Counted from the first letter of the stretch, positions 1 through 12,900 are shown. The stretch is DNA of 64,000 bases from Anthoceros angustus (GCA_010909165.1 MU008188.1:62001-126000); one strand, 5' to 3'. The notes: a model not told the origin generated them from the sequence alone. Translations and numbers: made by a program.

Positions 1-920
1 TCACTACGGCCTTCTTCTTCTTATTTTTGCGGCGGGGTTCTTCCTCCTCCATAGAGACTTCGGACTCTACCTCGGAGATCTCCTCTTCCTCCGAAGAAAT
101 CTCAGTCTCTTCACCTTCCTCTTCCAAGGGCTCCTCATCTTCAGACTCCGAACTCCGTCTCTTCTTCTTCCCTCCTTGGGTCGTCCTCGTTCTTCGTTGG
201 TGCATCGATTCTTCATAGTTCTCGGCCGCCCGGACCGCTTTACTCACATCCTTCTCGGCCAGCAACAGCACATGCTTGGCCATTGGCTTAGGTAGGCCGG
301 CCACGAACCATCGCACTGCCTGCATGGTGGTGTGGGTGGGATGTCACCCGGAGGCGTGAGAACCCGCTTCGATATACGAGCCCTTCCGTTTCCCCTTCGT
401 GTTCTCGAGCTTGGACAGGACGTAGCCTTCCTGGTCAATTCACCGGAATCTTTCCGGGAAGGCATCCTTCAAAGCTTCAAAGGTCGAGGGCGTGCTCGGG
501 TTCAGCGCTTCGCCGGTACCACTGAGCCTTGCAAGGACCCCTGAAAGCTTGATGAAATGCGTCAAGGCGTGCCCCAGCCTCTCCAGGTTGAAGTTTGCCC
601 GGGACACAAAATCCTCCACGAAGGTTTCCTTGTCCCTCTCCTTCTTACCCCCAAAGAGGGAGTGTGCTTGCTTTGTTGACGTCGTAGCTACCGCCGCCCA
701 AGGGATTGAGGATTCACCGTCCCCCTTACTGCCGCCGAAATTTGCACTCCGTCCTCCTCGCGGTCTGACAAATCTACCACGCTCACACTTACTTGCCTGC
801 TGGGACCTTTGCGTTGAGCCTGCCGCCGCTCACGTTCTGAGCTCAAAGGCTCATGGTTAATGACGTCTCTCACCCAAAGTTGCCTAACCCCTCACTCGTC
901 CTCTACGTATCTCAGACTCT
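1..920 (-). mobile_element. Ty3/Gypsy (Athila/Tat-like) element A, 5' internal region with degenerate gag; continues off the window start
   Basis: Minus-strand translation gives VVDLSDREE...ATTSTKQAHSLFGGKK...ETFVEDF...TFEALKDAFPERF. This is homologous to the gag at 9972-10517 (+) and resembles a retrotransposon gag domain. Frameshifted. Confidence 0.8.
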
Positions 921-3900
921 TGTGGCGCGACCGAGGACCAGGCGCACAATCCCGTGTGGTTGTAGCAAAGGGTCCGTTCCCGAGAGAATGATAGGCTCCG
1001 TTTGGCACGTTTTCAACCGATTCTCACCTCAACGTAGTGACCATTCGGACTCAAGCGCGCGCGTCCGCAGTTTTACGAATAACTACTCTCACGTTCACCA
1101 AACAGGCCCGGTGTGGCCAAATGTTTAAGGACTCGTTCGCGTCCGTATCCTATCAATTCGTTCCTTGTTCGTCTAATCCGTTCTCCTCGCCTCTCTCTCT
1201 ACACTCACCATTCTTTGGAAAAGAGTGGGTGGGCTGCGGGTCGGATCTCTTAAAATGCGTTATCTTGGTCTCCGTCCGGGCTCTACACGCCTCCGGAGTT
1301 CCTTGACTCGCCATCGTCGTTCCCACCGTCGGTCCTTTGCCTGGAAGGCGAGGTCTTTGATCGCCCACCCACGCACACACCACCACACGTTAGGGCCCGT
1401 CACGGGACCTTGATCAATCGCTCCGGTCATGCACGCCTCGATGACTCGGGACTCACGTTGCAAAAGACGACAAGGGTCTACAAGGAAAGCAGCGGTATCC
1501 ACCCCAAGAAAAAGATGCTTTACTAGAGCAGCCGCCCCTCTTATACTACATCGAGCGGCTTTATTACACTCCTATTACATTTTGTTGCCCCATTCGATTA
1601 ATATAATCGACCGCCTACTACCTCCCCCTCTTCCGCCTATCTCCTTCGCCTGCGGCGGCTGAGGAGTGCTCTTGGTTCTGCCTTGGCACTGGTGGCCCAA
1701 TCCTCGGCCACGGCAGTTCAGGCACCTAATCGGATGATCCGGCGGCGGCCCTTCCCTTCGAGACACAGCCGAGGTTCGGCTCACGGTGGCGGTTTGACAA
1801 CGCGGTAACCACCACATCCTCCTCTCCACTGCCCCCAGTGGGTCCACCGCCTGGGACCACCAGGAGTGTTGCTCACTTTGCAAGTCGGTGGTAGTCCCCT
1901 CACCTCCCGAGTCCGGGACCGGGTCCACTGGGCACTGGGGTCCGATCCTCGGGGTTGGCCTTATTTGAGTCCGGACCTGTGGTCCGTCTGAGGTTCGGAC
2001 CTCGGGTCCGACCTTTCACTCACTCGGGGTCCATCCCCACTCACCGGACCCCCCTCCTAGCTCGGGTCTTGCTGGTCTTCAGCCTTCCCCCTTTGGGGCC
2101 CTCGTCCTTCCCTGAGGAGGGTTCTGCTTACCTCAGGCCTGTATGGTACCAAGGCCTGCCTCACGCTCCTCTCCGCCTTCCATGCTGCCCCCGAACACGC
2201 CACCAAGGCCCGTGGCAGGTGCTATCCCAGACCCTTCTTCTCCTCCCCTCCTTCCGATCTCCTCAGGAAATCAATTTGTGGTTGATGCAAGACCTCAAGG
2301 CTTTGAGGAGCGTGGTAGTAGGCAAAGTCCGAGTGACTTGTTGGATTACCTCTTCCACATGGGCCCAGTGCAGGTACTCCTTCGCAGTAGGTACTCCCGG
2401 CGGTTAGGCGTCTTTGCAAACTGGCCTGCCTCCATCGCCATCGGACTGAGCTGGGCCGGAATCTCTTGAGGCCACCAAGGAGGCCTCATACTTCCTCGCA
2501 GCCTCGCCTCTCGCTTACTCCATCTCCCCTCCGCTTCGCACCTCAACACTGGCATGGCAGCGCCCCTCCGCCTTCCTCAACATTTGGACCAGCAGGCTTC
2601 TTCTTCCGCCTGTGGCCCTCGCTCCTCCATTCATCCACGGCAGAGCTCGCATCTCTCTTCCTGGGTGGTCCGGCAACGGTCCCTTGCCTCGCCCAAGTTC
2701 TTCTCCAGGTGTCTCGGCCATGACACTTCACGCACATGGACGAGTCCGGGGCTCGAGACATCGGGTGCATTTCTCGCACATCGACCATGCACTACGCTTA
2801 TACGAGACTCAACGAATATGCATTGCTATACATAAGAACGGTCCGAACACGGCCACAATGGGTCTATTGTGGTGAAAGCCTTGCCTTGAGTGATTAGGTC
2901 GCGACATGATGAATGCATTCATCATATGCATGTAAAGGACGATGTCTGCGCGTGGAAAGACCGCATTGAACCCGCAATTGTAAATAGATTCCGGATGGTG
3001 TCCGAAAGACCGTATGAAGTTGAGATTCTATCGATTTCGGGCATTGCAACCTCGGGTCAGACCTAATGGATTCATACCATTCGCATTCATGGATGTCCAA
3101 CAAGTATAGTACAAGTCGCTCCTTTTCTCGTCAATCTACTGGACCCTTAAACTCATTTTGTGGACCTTTTTTAATATCCATTTGTGTACTATAAATTGCA
3201 TGTATTCTTAAAGAATTGGCAGTTGATTCATGAGAACTTGGAGGAGTGTAGACCATGTGAAGGTCTTATTACCTTAAAACCATTGAAATGCATGGTTTCA
3301 TTCTTAAAGTCACATCTTTATCATGCAATTTTTTTAAAAAAATTCTGCAAATTATGAAATTCAGGCTTTTTTGTTTCCAGGCCCCAAATTTCACCCCTCC
3401 AAACCAGAAACGAGGAGCCGTCTCCTAGTCTTAGGAGACCTTGTTGGTCCGAAATTTGGGTAGCGCTTGGTGACAATGTTCCGTTCCACCAAGCGCCAGG
3501 GCTCCCACACTTCCGCCACCTTCTTGGGCCCCATTGCTGTGCTCCTCTTGTTATGCTGTTGGGGGTTGAGGCTCAGCAATTCTCCGTCCTCACGGTCATT
3601 GCGTACGGTCGCTCCGCTGGAGATGAGCCGCCGAAGGGTGCGCGCTTGAAGAGACAACGCTGAGAGCAGGTGGTGTCGAGGCCGAGAACCTCATGCGAGT
3701 CGCTTTAGAAGAATGACTCGCCAGGGCTGCAGCGTCGAGAGTAAATCAAAGCTGGAGGGCGCCCTTCACGCCTGAATCACAAAGGCACCATGGCTTTCTC
3801 TAGTTTGTACGCTGGCCGATCACAGACGCTTTTACTGGCACTGCATTTCTGAGCGTGAATACCGCTATAACGCACGGGCAACCCTACTTAGCCTCGGGTC

Positions 3901-4232
3901 CGCTGCATGCTGCCCACCTCAAGACTGGCCCACGTGGCCCCTCCTGCCAAAATACGCTCCCTGCTCCAAAGTTCCTTTCCTTGACATACTTATCGCGACT
4001 TACTCCGGAGTGCAGTCCGGACTTACCATGGTTTACTCAGTGTGCCTCAGTATCCGCTGTGAAAAGGTCCTAGCCACTCCGGGAGTGCAGTCCGAGTCTC
4101 TCCTACTCAGGATGCAGCTGGAGTTACTCCGGCCTTATTTCTTCCTTTTCGCCTTATTTCCCACTCCACACTTACGAAAAAAAACAAAACCTAGCTTATT
4201 CCCTGCCCAAGGGGAAGAGCCCATAGCCCACA
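921..4232 (-). repeat. 5' LTR of Gypsy element A (about 3.3 kb including an about 0.5 kb insert)
   Basis: On the minus strand it begins TGTGG at 4232, similar to the post-PPT LTR start at 15116. It ends GTCGCGCCACA at 921, the same terminus as the LTR end at 9893. It shares the TATA-region block with 9300-9500 and 40370-40580. It abuts and truncates a protease ORF at 4233. Confidence 0.75.
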
Positions 4233-6150
4233 TTACCTCGACAAAGGTGAAGTCTAATGTTCTTGGTTTGAATGAAACCTTCAGCTTGTACCTTGTCACC
4301 CCCAACACATGCTCCGTGGTCCCAGCTGCGGTCTGGATCTTCGACTTGGTTTCCTTCAACCTTTCTTGGTGGAGACCCAATGCTTCCTTCACTCTTCTTC
4401 CAACGATCACCGGCTGTGCTCCGGTGTCAATCAACACCCTCCTTGGTGCGAATCCATTGATTTCAATGTGCCTCTCCGATTGTTGACCAAAGCCACCCCA
4501 CTGCGGCGTTCTTCTCCGAGATGCTTGGCTTGAGGTCAGCAATGACATCAACTGTTGTGGCACAAATCTTGGACACTTGCTTCGTCTTCAAGGGTTGTCA
4601 ACATAGTCAAACCCTGACTTCCTTCCGCTCAACCCCATGTCTTGTAGGTGAAACATGGCATCTCGAAGCTTTTGTGCCATCGTCTCTCGACAATCTGCGC
4701 ATGGGTTTCTCCACGCCCACTGGACTTTGATGTTGCTCCAGTTGCTCCTGTTGGCAATGGCTCAAGCGACTTTGGCATCTTGGCATAGGTTCGGGAAGAG
4801 GATCCGAAGCTTCCTTCGTGTCTTCCGCTTCTGCGGTGTCAAGACATCCTCTTCTTCCTGAGCTATCTTCTCTCGTAGGAGGTTTCTTCCTGCCCTTGGA
4901 TGGTCACAGTCGCCATGTATCAAGCTTGTGCTCATCTTCTTCGTCCTCGATGATGAACTGCTGCTCTCCTTGATCTTCGCCTTCCGCTTCTCCGCTTTGC
5001 GTGCCATGGTCATCTCTTCTTTGATGCTTCCGTTTCTTTTGTCCACGGACTTGCAGTGCCTCCTCCACGCCTTTGCTCTTCGATTTTGTGGATGAGGTTG
5101 GCGAGATGCATTGGCGGGGTTGCTGCTCGATAACCCGTAGGCCGCAATTCGGATGCTTCTCCCAACATGCCGCTTCATTGTGCCGTACCTCCACACCTAG
5201 GGCATGGCTCCTCACCCTTGACTCCTCCGATGCATGCTCGCACTCATGAGAATGGTCCGTCCCTCGGCACCTCACGCGGGGCTCGTCACTTGGGGTGGGG
5301 TGGCTTGTCTCGTGAGCTCCTCCACTCGACCTCCAGCGTCGGTCATGTCGTCCACCACTCCTACTTGTCTTTGGAGTAATCACTTGCACCCAGAGAGTCG
5401 CGGGCCCTATCTTGTCGACCATCGTACACTTGTGAGGGTGTGTGTGCCACGCTTGCACCTTCATGCATGCAATGCATACAATGCCTGACCACTTCTCTGC
5501 GATGTCATGATCTTGGTGTCACGTAACGATTCTTGATAAGCCATCTTGCTGACTTCATCTTGAAGTGTGCGGAGATCTTCTCATCCGTGCTTGCGAAACT
5601 CCGGTAGGAAGATGTCAAACATCTCTTGATGGGATCGTGCCCACTTGCCACTGCTCGTGCCTGGTTCCTTGAGCTTGAACTGCTACTCATGGTCCTCCAT
5701 GTGGCTCAACAACCTCGCCTTGTGCTCGCGATAACGCCAATGCTTCATCCCCAAGTACTTGGCATTTGGATGAAGCCGTATCGCTTCGTGTATCCGGTCT
5801 TCAATTCCATCTCCACACCGCCGTACTTCTCGATGAAGTCCTCCGGTGGCAAGGTGCCGCTCGTCTGTGAACAACTCCATTCGATCCTTGTCTCCTCCCA
5901 TCTTGGCGACTCAAAGACAAGTCCTCCTCGCTCGCTTCCATGAGTTGTCCGGCACTGCGTGTCTTGTGTGTTGCCACTCACAGATCCTTCAAAGATTGTT
6001 GATTGTGTCATTTGGGTTCCTCCGTGTCCTTGGTACCAAAATCGAGTGTTCGCACTTCTCTCTCTTGGTCGGGACTTGAATTCGCTCGATGGACTTGGTT
6101 GGTAGCTCCGTCCGGATCGAGTGTGTCGAGCATGCACTCCAGGCGGTTAG
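4233..6150 (-). mobile_element. Ty3/Gypsy element C: degenerate gag plus aspartic protease (DTGAQPV type)
   Basis: ORF 4135-4563(-) reads RRVLIDTGAQPVIVG...QTAAGTTEHVLGVTRYKLK, an aspartic protease D-T-G motif. Upstream broken gag-like ORFs include an HNEAACWEKHP zinc-knuckle-like remnant. EHVLGVTRYKLK recurs at about 26060. Confidence 0.75.
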
Positions 6151-6530
6151 TGGCTAGATCAAACCCTTAATCAAGGTTAACACACCCCGCTATCTTAGAT
6201 CGATCGTGATTAGTGAAACCTCTAAGTATCTATGCATGTTAAATTGCATACAAATACTCTGCATGAATGTGAGCTGGGTGAGTTGGATAGCAAAGGCATA
6301 AGAACTCGAGTTAAGCACCCGTGGGTGGATCGATTACACGGATGGGGTGCCCAGGAGTTTTGGACGAAAGTGAAATCAAATGGACTGATGACATACCCAT
6401 GTCCCACTCTCCCTTATCCCTTGGAATCCGGGCCCAAGTAAAATACTCTTGTTTCTCCCTTGGTTGGTTGGCCTTAAAAGGCCAGCCCCCAGAGCCTCAT
6501 TCCTCTCTCTCCTTGGTATGGGCTTCTTGC

Positions 6531-6665
6531 CTCCTCTCCTTGGCCTTGGACTTGGGCTTCTTCGCCTCCTCTCCTTGGCCTTGGACTTGGGCTTCTTCGC
6601 CTCCTCTCCTTGGCCTTGGACTTGGGCTTCTTCTCCTCTCCTTGGCCTTGGACTTGGGCTTCTTC
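6531..6665. repeat. Tandem repeat, about 4 copies of a 33-35 bp unit (CTCCTCTCCTTGGCCTTGGACTTGGGCTTCTTCGC)
   Basis: Copies at 6531-6565, 6566-6600, 6601-6633 and 6634-6665. Related diverged copies at about 16545-16625. Confidence 0.9.
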
Positions 6666-6849
6666 ACCGCGATCATGCCGACCGGGAGGCAAGGGGTCGG
6701 CTCGAACCCCTCACCTCCGAGCCCCAGGGACCAAGAGGGCAAATAAGGAATTGCGGCAAGAGGGCCAAGGAGGGTGAAGCTCGGGAGCTCACAATCGTGA
6801 CCTAAGGGGCCGATTAGTCAGAGAACCCAGTCGGGACTTACTCGGGATG

Positions 6850-9800
6850 TGATCCTTGGTATGGACCGTGAGGATGCCCGCCCCACTCACGGACTTCTTG
6901 GGGTCTCACTGGCGGCCGTGGAAGAGACACGGGTCCTCACATCATGGATTCGGTATGCTTTGGGGTCTCGCGGACGAAGACCCGAAGTAAAGCCACCAGA
7001 GGCGCATGGTGCTCCTCCGTGAGGCTTGGAGGCAAGGAGGAGCGCTCTCGGCCGCATCAAAGAAGGGAAACGGAGGCCGAGAGGAAGTCTCGTCCCATTG
7101 ACAGACTGACTAAATTCCTTCACTAGGTGGCGGTGAAGCGAGCCTGGGAGGCCCAAGCACGGGTGAAGACCTCTGCGGGAGAGGAGTAGCCAGGAGGCGT
7201 AGGAGGCCGGCGCAAGCGGAGAAGGCTCGTGACTTGGGCGAGGCCCGGCTGGACCAGCGCCAAGTGGGCGTGACCAGTGGAAGAAGTGAGGAGGCGGAGG
7301 AAGTCTAAGATCGGACCCGATCACTATCGGCGTGATCGGAACCGTGGAGGGAGACCGAGGGGATAGGTGGCTAACAGAAGGAGGAGGCGGCGGGAGTGCG
7401 GCCATGCGAGAGAAGGAAGCCGCTGCAAGGAGATGGAGGATCTCCAGGTCTGGAGCGTGAAGTGGATGGCGGAGATGGAAGACGCAGGAGACTCGAGCTG
7501 CGGCTCAAGTTACCATTGAGAGGAATGGTAATGCGGGCGTGATCTCGGATCACGAGCGAGAAATAGAGCGGCTCACTCTGTGGCGGACGGAGGAAGTGAG
7601 GCGATGGAACAGAGCCGGGGCGTCGCCGAAATGGAAGGACGTGAAGCCTGCAGAGTTGCCCGGCCACTTTGGAGAGAGGAGATGGGCGGGCTAACGGCGA
7701 AATAAAGCGGGGAGGCGAGAGCACAGGGGCAGAAAGAAGGCTGGTCAGGTTAAGGAAGGTGAAGGGAGCGCTATGGCCGATGGTCGGAAAGCAGGCGGAG
7801 CGAAACGGAGCTGGAGCAAAGCGGACAGCCCCGGCGATTCAGGAGGTGGCAGGCAGCCCATGGCCTCACGAGATCGGCCCGGCTCCGGCTAACGAACTGG
7901 CAGAGGGATGGTCCAAAAGCCGACAAGACACGCTCGACTCCGAGCACCAATGGCGAAGGGGTATCGGGTGCTCCACATGTGGAAGAGCAATCCAACAAAT
8001 TGACTCGGTTTGCCTACTACTACGAGCTCCTTAAGGCATTGGAAGTCTCTGACGCCGCTACACGACGGACCCTGAGGGTCGAGGGAAGGGATGAAGGGCA
8101 TGGGGACAGACGGGACCCTAGTGGCCCGCTTGGAGGCGATGGTGGCGGGGAGAAGACGAGGAGGAGGAGCGGGACGCGCCAATACAACGAATCCCAGGGT
8201 AAGTCGGCTGCAACCTGCTCGGGAAGAGAGACGGCGGCCCCAGAGGGTGGAAGGAGGAAGCCAAGGCCAAGACAGAGGAGTCGGTGGAAGGGATGAGGAC
8301 CCTAGCAGAAGGGGTCCAGAGATAAAGGGGTCCGAGCTTGGGGACCCGACCCCGTGTGGTTGAGACCGAGGTCCCAAACCCGATGAGACCGAGACCCAGT
8401 GACCGGACTTAGAATAAGGCGAGACTCCCAAAGTTCGGACTTCCGGAGTCGAGACGGGGTCCTGACTCACCTAGACTAGAGAGGTGTTTCACCACGTCAA
8501 ATCTCTGAAGATCCTACTTATTTTCCTGGCTTTTTCTTTCCTTGCTCTTGTGGCCTTTAGTCTTGGTTTCCTGCTGATCACCTCCTTTGTTACACCAGAA
8601 ACTTTAACTACATTCCACACGCCTGATCCTATTCGATACATCTTCGGGTAAATGCATGACGCTTACTGCGGCGAAGCATCTGTGTCAGTCTTTTAGCCAC
8701 CAAATAGAATAGGAGACGAGAGGGCAGTTATAGTGTGTCATAGTCTTGGGGTTTTCCAGCATACAGTGGTGTTATAAGAGATGCTTTTGAAAGCACCCCG
8801 GCAATGGCCGAATCCCAAGATTCTCTTCTCAGTCTGCCATGGAGATGGCTTTAATCTAAAACCAGATGAGTGATCCCAATCTCAAGTAGTTCGTTTGGTA
8901 TATGGATTTTCTGCAGCCAGACAGAGGTAGGAGTCCCCAGGTCTAAACCTATGGCCCTTTGGCCCTTATTTATTTTATATTTATTCTACAAGGGTATACT
9001 TTCAACTATTTGGAAAATTTCGGACAAGCAAGGAGGAGTCCCCTCCGACTTACTGGGAGAGCAGTCAGTGGCCGGAGGGACCGGGGCGGGGACGATGTTG
9101 TGGTGCCGGTCGTCAGACCCGGCCGCCGAACTCTGTGATTCCGGAAGAGGAAGGGACAGCCGCGATCATCCGATTGGTGTACAGACGACGGAGATTGGAC
9201 CACCAATCCGGGGCGAACCAGGACCTTCCAGCCGCCGTGAGAAGGAGATAGGAGGAGGAATAGGATGGTAGGCGGCGATTAGGGGTGTCTTGCTGCCACC
9301 ATTTCGGAATAGTGTAATAAAGGCGACTTGGGCGTGGTATAAGAGAATTTGAGGCTGCTGAATAAATCATCTTCTCTTGGTGTTGATGCGCGTTCTTGCG
9401 AGACCTGTGTCTCTTCCTTGCGTGAGTCACGAGTCAGCGACGAGCGGCTCAGGCCAGTCAAGGTCTGTGGCGGACCCTAACGTGTGGTGGTGTGTGCGGG
9501 GAAGGGTGGCGGGACCGTGTTCGTCGAGCGGCAGTGACGTCGAGCAGGGCCGGAGCGTGTGGAGCGGAGGAACTCCGGGAGGCGTGAGCCGGACGGAGGC
9601 CAGTGAGCAGCGGAGGTCGGGTGTAGCCACTGCGTTCTTTTCAAGGTTGATGAGTGGAGTGGGAGTGATGAGGGACTAAAGGGTGAGTGCGGCGAGCAAT
9701 CGGACAGGTCCTTAAGCGTTTAGCCACACGGGCTGTCTGGTGAACGTTATATGAGTAGTTAGGCAAAAGTGTGTGTTAGTGAGCGGGCAAAGTAAGGAGT

Positions 9801-9893
9801 CGGCTGCAAGCGGAGCTATCATTCTCTTGAGCGGACTCCTTCCTACAACGACACGGATTGTCTTGCGGTGGCCATCGTAGAAGTCGCGCCACA
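6850..9893 (+). repeat. 5' LTR of Gypsy element B (5'-truncated; left boundary approximate)
   Basis: Ends GTCGCGCCACA at 9893, directly followed by a PBS-like TTTTGGCGC. TATAAG at 9338-9343. Homologous to the LTR A and element E LTR blocks. Confidence 0.7.
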
Positions 9894-9910
9894 TTTTGGC
9901 GCGAGCGGGA
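9894..9910 (+). promoter_or_regulatory. Primer-binding-site-like sequence of element B
   Basis: CA|TTTTGGCGCGAGCGGGA junction, the pattern typical of Athila/Tat-clade LTR/PBS boundaries. Confidence 0.65.
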
Positions 9911-12900
9911 ATGAGATCGTTCGTTCCGTAGGAAGGTGCGTGGAGGGCGTGAGGTAGAGAAGAGTTCTTGAGTGAGTCGGACGTTGGGCCCGGGCGCTCG
10001 GCGCGGGCACGTGAAGCGGCGGGCTCGGCGAGACCTCCAGGTGGCGTGGTGGGACTTGTCGGATCGTGAGGAGGAAGTAGCACCAAGTCGAGGCGGTGGT
10101 AAGAGGCGGTTCCTCAACCCTTGCCGATCAGCGGCGATGGCAACAACGTCGACCAAGCAAGCGTATTCCCTCTTTGGAGGTAAGAAGGAGAGCGAAACCT
10201 TCGTGGAGGATTTGTGTATCGCGGGCAAACTTCAGCGGAGAAGGTTCGGATCGCGACTCATCCAGTGTTCCAAGGGGTCTCGAGGACTGACTCGGTATCG
10301 GAGAAATGCGCCTGAGCGCTCCCCCAACCTTGAAGCATTGAAGGATGCCTTCTTAGAAAGATTGGAATCGATCAAGAACTCGTCTTGTCAAACTCGAGAA
10401 CGCGAGGCAAGGCGGCGGAGATCGTATCGCCGAGCGGTTCTCGCTCTTGGGACGGCACCCCACCCACACCACCATGCGGTGATGCGTTGGTTGGTGGCTT
10501 ATCAAGCCAATGGCTAAGCACGTCTTTCTTTGGCGAAGAAGGATGTGAGCAAGGCGGTCGGCGGCGGAGAACTATGAAGAATCGATGCTGCGAGGCCAGG
10601 GCGCCTCGGAGGAAGAAGAAAGAAGAAGCGGGGTCGGACTCGAGATGAAGAACCCTCGGAAGAGGATGATGAGGCGAGGGCATCGGAGGAAGAGGAAGAG
10701 GACTCAGAAGAAGAATCAGGGATGGGGAAGAAGAACCCGGAAGAAATAAGAAGAAAAGCCCGTAGTCGGTGGAGGGGAGAAGGAGGTCATGATGCACCAG
10801 TGAGAGGTCCACTGACTCCTTTGAAGGAAGTAGCGGGGGTTGAGGAAGATCTAGAGCAGGTAATGAAGAGGGTGGAGGTTGATCAACCAAGTGAAGGATA
10901 AAGAGCGTAAGGCGGCCACCGCAGTCCGGACTCATACATGGTGTGCGGTGTGTCACCAACATGGGCATTCGAGGCTAGCGCCTCGGACCCGTGAACCGGT
11001 GGAGTGACTACGGGAAGAGTCAGGAGCGTGGGAGGATGCATACCAAGTGCAAGAAGCACCACGGGCGCGGTATCCCGGCGATGTACCACGGTGGTCCATC
11101 GTGCATCGACCTCCGTCTGACACATGGGAGCCCCTCCGAATTCTCGGCGGCGGTGGTCTGCTGGGCATGGGAACCCGGCACTACTCCAACGTGTCCATAC
11201 CCCACTCGGCAAGGCAGGGGACTTTGAGCGCTGTGTGGAGATTGTGGCGGGCGGGGCACATGGCGGCGGTACCTTGTGTCAGAATCCTCGTTCGAGGGCG
11301 GCGCTCGCCACCCGGCGGGGAGCCGCACCTCGCCTCCCTCCTAAGGCTGCGCCCGTGCTACAGATTGAAGGCCTGGTGGCGGAGTGGGAAGGCGGGAACT
11401 TGGAGCAGTGGTGCAAGCGAGTTCGGCTAAGGAGAAGAGGCGGACACAGGTCTTGGAAGTGTCAACCGCGCGAAAGGAGGCGAAAGGAGAGGAGCAGTTT
11501 AAGAGGAAGAAAATGATAGTCCACGGATACGGAGGGCAGGACACTGAAGGAAGCTCCGCCAAGGAAGGCGAGTTAAATCAGGCTACGCGGAAGGCGAAAC
11601 CAAAACCCCGGAAATGTTAGGAAGCGGACTCACCCAACACCGATTCCACGGATGTGGTTGAAGTGGCGGAGATGCTTGAGGAAGAACTCGGCGGGACCCA
11701 GTGGTCCGACCACCACAGGCGGTGGCGGAGCTGGAAGGTCAAGCGGGCAGCGTGTGAGAAGCCACCGCCTTTCAAGGTGGCCGACTTGATGATGGATCAA
11801 CAACACTTGGTGTCCCTTAGGCAGTTGTTAAAGACAACCCAGTATCGGAAGTCAGGAGGCCATCGAGGAGACACAACCGCGAAACTCCTTGGGAAGGAAA
11901 CGTGGAGGTAAGTAGTATCTCATACGGACCGGGCGCCGATGGTTCGTAGAAATTGCGGGTGTGTGATTAGAAGCTGGACACGGGTCGAGTGAACCTCATC
12001 ACGGAGGCCCGCAAGGCGGTTGGGGTTCACCACCTTGAGCCATCCACCAAAACCCTCGGGATGGCGGACATGTCGCGTGGCGCCGGTGAGTTGTCGGGTC
12101 AAGCCACCATAAGCGGGAGCACCCTATACATTGGACTTGTGGTCATCGGACCGGACCTCACAGGGGTACGAGGGTCTTGGGGCGACCAGGTGGGACTCGC
12201 TCGAGACAAAACTACACTTGGAAGGAAGGAGATACACTTCAAGCCGTGGCGGATCAGAAGGTGAGGGGAAGGACGGTGGCGACAGGAGTAAGGACACATC
12301 TTTGTGGTGAAATAAGCACCACGGAGGGTACACCTCCGAAGGCAGTGGGGATGAGCGGATACGAATGAGGACTACCCTTTCCAAAAATCGTGGTCAGAAG
12401 AAGATGGACTACGGAGGGACACTTTGGAGGCGGAGGTGTCGATTGCTTAGTGGTGAAGACTCGGAGGAGGAGGAAAAAGGAACCGGATGGAGGACCCAGA
12501 AAGACAGTTCACCTCGACGAGCTCTTGGGAATGGGGAATGCGTGAAGATGAACCCGGATGGAGGATGATGGCTTTGGGCGTGGCAGCGGCGAGGAAAGAG
12601 GCGGTCAATCGATGATGTGGAAGGCGTGGAGGTTCGCCGGGAAATTCCATTCCGCAGGCATGGGGCGGAGTTGACCCTCACCGGTGTTGGGGAATTTAGT
12701 GAGGTGTTTGCTTTCAAGGTCACGGACATGAAGGGCATTAAAGCGATGGGGCGAACAGGATAGATGAAGCCGGGGAGGCTGCACGGATTAATATAAGCTG
12801 AATCCCAAGCACTCGCTCAAGGTCAAGGAGTCTGGATAAATCTGAGGCGGACATCATCTTCCCAATCGTGAGCAGCGAATGGGTGGCGCCCATTGTTGTA

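Noticed and set aside
900-920. Absence of a PBS after the LTR A terminus
   Set aside because: Most simply a local deletion or decay in a dead copy. Not evidence of a different priming mechanism.
6321-6805. Hydrophobic or Lys/Arg-rich ORFs (LALDLGFF / KPKSKAKERR repeats)
   Set aside because: These are translation products of the 33-35 bp tandem repeat. Unit length is not a stable multiple of 3.
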